Under the pieces are notes generated by a model. That model ran no database searches, had not been told where the DNA came from, and worked only from the letters and a program-made list of their open reading frames with translations. A stretch of DNA of 64,000 nt from Azolla caroliniana (Eukaryota; Plantae; Polypodiophyta). Positions 60,701 through 64,000 of this stretch are shown in pieces (position 1 is the stretch's first letter; the number at the start of each line of letters is the position of its first letter). The DNA is taken from NCBI GenBank assembly GCA_043228905.1, contig JBHGNT010000012.1, forward strand, positions 14,756,001 to 14,820,000. Direction: 5' to 3'. Made by a program: the position numbers and the translations under genes.

Positions 60701-63634
60701 CGACGAGGTTCCGACAAATTGTCGGAACCCTTATCTACTTGACAATCACCCGACCCGATCTCAGTTATCCGGTCGGGGTGATCAGTCAGTTTATGGTGCA
60801 ACCTACCGAGGAGCACCTTCAGTGTGCGCAACGCGTACTGCGGTACGTAAGTGGCATGAAGGACCAGGGACTGCTATATCGGACCGGTATAGCCTTGCAG
60901 TTGGTCCGCTACATCGATGGTAATTGGGCTGGCAACGCCGCTGATCGCTGATCCACGTCCGGATACGCATTCTCTCTTGGGAGTGCTGCGATAGCGTGGA
61001 GCAATAAGAAGTAGCCACAGTTGTACTGTCGAGCACTGAAGCTGAGTACCGAGGAGCGGCTGTCGCGACATGCGAAGCCATATGGTTGAAGCGGCTACTT
61101 AAGGACCTGCAAGAGGAGGTGTCCGATCCGACGACGATCTACTGTGACAACCTCAGCGGCATCCAACTCACGAAGAACCCCGTTTTCCACGCACGGACCA
61201 AGCACATTGAGGTGCGCTACCATTTTGTTCGTGAGCGTGTCCTTTCCGGTGAAGTTGAACTTCAGTATGTTCTAACGGATCGGCAAACTGCCGACATCTT
61301 CACCAAGCCTCTTGGTCTGGAAGGGTTGCGGCAATTCTTGGGTACGCTTGAGTTGCGCCACCTCAACGTGCCGAACTTGAGAGGGAGAGACGTCCCGAAA
61401 GACCACGGAAGAGGGAGAGAAGTTCTGGAAGACAAAGACTGCAACACCGAGTCGGATGACGAATTCGACTTCGGATCAGTTGAAGAAGCCGAGGGCGGAT
61501 CGGCGAAAGAGTCCAAAAGCGGACATAAGGGGAGCAGCTGAAAGAAAGAGCCGAAGCCAACCAAGCATGGGGGAGATGACGCCATCAAGGGCAAGAAGAC
61601 CGAAGACGAGTTAGAGACAACCAACTCGGACGAGAGCGAAAACCGATCGGAGGTAGCCGAATCGGTTCAGATGTTTGATTCGGAATCAACCGAGGGCCAA
61701 GCGGAAAAGAAGGCAACAGGAGAAGTGCCAACACCACAACAACAAGGGAGCTGTGAAGGGCCGTGGGAGCAGACAAGACGACCGAAAGGGTCGAAGTGCG
61801 TGGAGTCGAACAGGTCGAGGAGCGCGAGGGAGACGTGGAGCCAGGAGGAACCGGTGCGGTGATCCAGAAGATCCGGAAGAGCCTCAAGTTGAGCTTGAGG
61901 GGGAGTGTTGAGAGACAAGCTCAACATCGGCCGGATCGGCTGAGCAAGCCAAGGACCGGATCGGTTGGGACCGATCGGTTAGGCCAGACCGGTGTCTAAA
62001 ACGGATACGCAAGCCGGTGCGTAACAAGAGGCCGTATCGGTGTGTAAACCGAAAGGCCGTTAGAAGAGATATTCCTCGTAAGGAATAGTTTTGGGAGTAA
62101 GTGTCGAGGTTCATTTATGATCAGTCAAGTACTGTCAGTACTTGTGTCAGCCTGATTGTCAGGGCTTGTATAAAAGGTGCTCACTGAGCACGGTGTATGT
62201 ATAGAGAGTTAGTGTTTTTGAATTGAGTTTTTTTTTTTGTGTTCTCTCTCTATCTCTCCCGTGTACTATGTATACTCAAGCTCTGCATTAAACCTGCGTA
62301 TTTTCTGTGTGTTTGGTTTTCTATTGCTTCCGCATATAATCTTTTACAATCTACTTGGTTGCCCAAGTTGTGTGGTACAGATTTCGATATGCCTCAACTA
62401 AGGCCGTGTTTAAATCTGGTAGCTCCATGAGGAGAGAAGCATTTTGTGCTTGCTTTTTCTGCCCTATCTTCTATAAGACTCGATCCTCGTGAGATTCGAT
62501 TTCTCCCATTAGAGCGCGTTGGATCATCTTTGTTTCCGCGTGCTCCTCGGCCATACGAGCGGCGACAGCTACTTGGGCGTGCGTGAGGAAATCCATTAAC
62601 TCATATGTTGTGCCTAGTTGAAGTAGTGCACTGAACTCGTATGCCTCCGCAGGGAGATCTTTGTAATCGAGGACTTCCTCCTATGATATCTGTGTGGTTT
62701 GTCCATGCTCGATCCTACCGACTTGGAGTCATGACTCCACTAGTACCATGGTCGTGGAGGTCGGGCTGGCCTCCTTTGCTTTCTGATGCTGGGTGCCCTT
62801 GGTTTCTGTGGTCGACTCGCGATTGATGCATTCTCTTGGATTTGGCTGATCCTGTGAATCTGGGGCCGATGGTGTTGGCTCCTTGGCTTGTTTCCTCTTT
62901 TGTTGTTGTATGCCCGAGGGCTGCTGGGTTCTGGAGAGGGCATCGATCTCCTTAGTGTCTTCTATCGTATGGTGACATCCTCAGTGATGGGCTCCTCAGC
63001 CTTGTCCCATTCGACATGGGTCACTGTTAACAACCGTTGCTTCTAAGTTTTTGGTGGGGGTGGTGGCGAGGCGGAAGTAGGGTTCTGAACGGCAGAGGGA
63101 GGTGGAGAAGGCGAGGGGTGTTCCCATTCTTCCTGGGTTAACGCCAAAATCTTCTCCCGTTGTTTCCGTGGTGGTGGTGGGGAGGTAAGGATGCGACGAG
63201 AGGAAACTGAAGGAGGTGGGTAGAGGACTGTGAGGAAATGATTAATCACAGGCAACAATCGCTTATTGGTTTGAAAAGATTCGAGCACTGCACAAACTCC
63301 TTCGTCGGTGAAGATTCCCCAATCGATTTTGTCGCCTTCGTACGTTATTATGATGATGGCGAATTTGTTCTGGAGCATACTCATGGGATTTGTATGCACA
63401 AAGGCGTATTCCATTAAACTTCGGGCGATCTCCCCAAAAGCCTTGTTTGGTCCTCCATAAGTGCAGTAGGTTTTTCCCGACATCGAGTACATCCCAAAGT
63501 ATTCCTTGAGGGTCACATGAGGAGGAATCTCGACCTCATGGTCTCCGCATCGCGCAAGGTCTAGAGCAGCGTGAATGATGTTGTTGGTTATCATGTCAAG
63601 GTGGATTCTGCATGCTATTGCTTGGGCGTCAGGG

Positions 63635-64000
63635 TGTCATGATATGGCAAGACTCGAACCCATGACCTTATGCTACATGGGTCGAGCTCTTACCATTAGA
63701 CTATGAATTGTAATACATAAGATATTATTTTCATCTATGTTTTATCATAGAAAATTGATGTATATTCCAGATCTCTCTAGAACATTCTAGAAGCTTCAGG
63801 ATTATTCCTGAGAACACTATAAAAGAGGGCACTAGGCATTATGTTGAACCAAATTGGTTCAACACCAGTCTTAAGCCTCTTAGCCGATTTGTACTTATCT
63901 TTCATATAATATAAGAGCTGCTGTCATCATCTTATCTCTCTCTCTCCTCTTCTCACTTCCTCTCTCTCGTGAATATTACGCAGTGTCGTCCTCATAGTAC
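63635..64000 (+). repeat. LTR of the Tcn1-like family (opposite orientation to 23058-23492), running off the window end
   Basis: Starts TGTCATGATATGGCAAGACTCGAACC, matching the reverse complement of the 23492 end. Confidence 0.85.

Larger units (their letters stand above)
51701..62348 (+). mobile_element. Degenerate Ty1/copia element D (related to C), hosting copia E
   Basis: LTRs at 51701-52142 and 61906-62348; PBS TGGTATCAGAGC at 52143; gag start MDRGM...KLDRINYASW; RT YVDD. Many stop codons; TSD poorly conserved. Confidence 0.88.
49780..63634 (-). mobile_element. 3' accessory-ORF region of another non-chromoviral gypsy element (49780-51700 and 62349-63634), split by copia D
   Basis: 63043-63594 is homologous to 27690-27928. 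Coiled-coil ORF pieces at 50046-51697 are homologous to 13360-13807. Confidence 0.7.

Overview
Repeat-dense eukaryotic DNA, probably from a non-seed land plant (inferred from Tcn1-like chromoviruses, plant tRNA-Met/Trp primer sites and GT-AG introns). It consists almost entirely of nested transposable elements: Ty3/gypsy elements (one intact and young), three Ty1/copia elements, two gag-only non-autonomous LTR elements and a microsatellite-associated LINE. I found no ordinary host gene. The standout is a 9.2-kb DNA transposon at 13808-23029 with 36-bp terminal inverted repeats (TIRs) and a TCTT target-site duplication (TSD). It carries a Sola-like DDD transposase and, transcribed divergently, an intact six-exon gene of about 974 aa. 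That gene fuses a ParB/Srx-like domain to a bacterial-type beta-class N6-adenine/N4-cytosine DNA methyltransferase. Its first intron holds ten regularly spaced copies of a perfect 23-bp palindrome, a candidate parS-like binding array. All family assignments come from reading motifs by eye; no database search was run.
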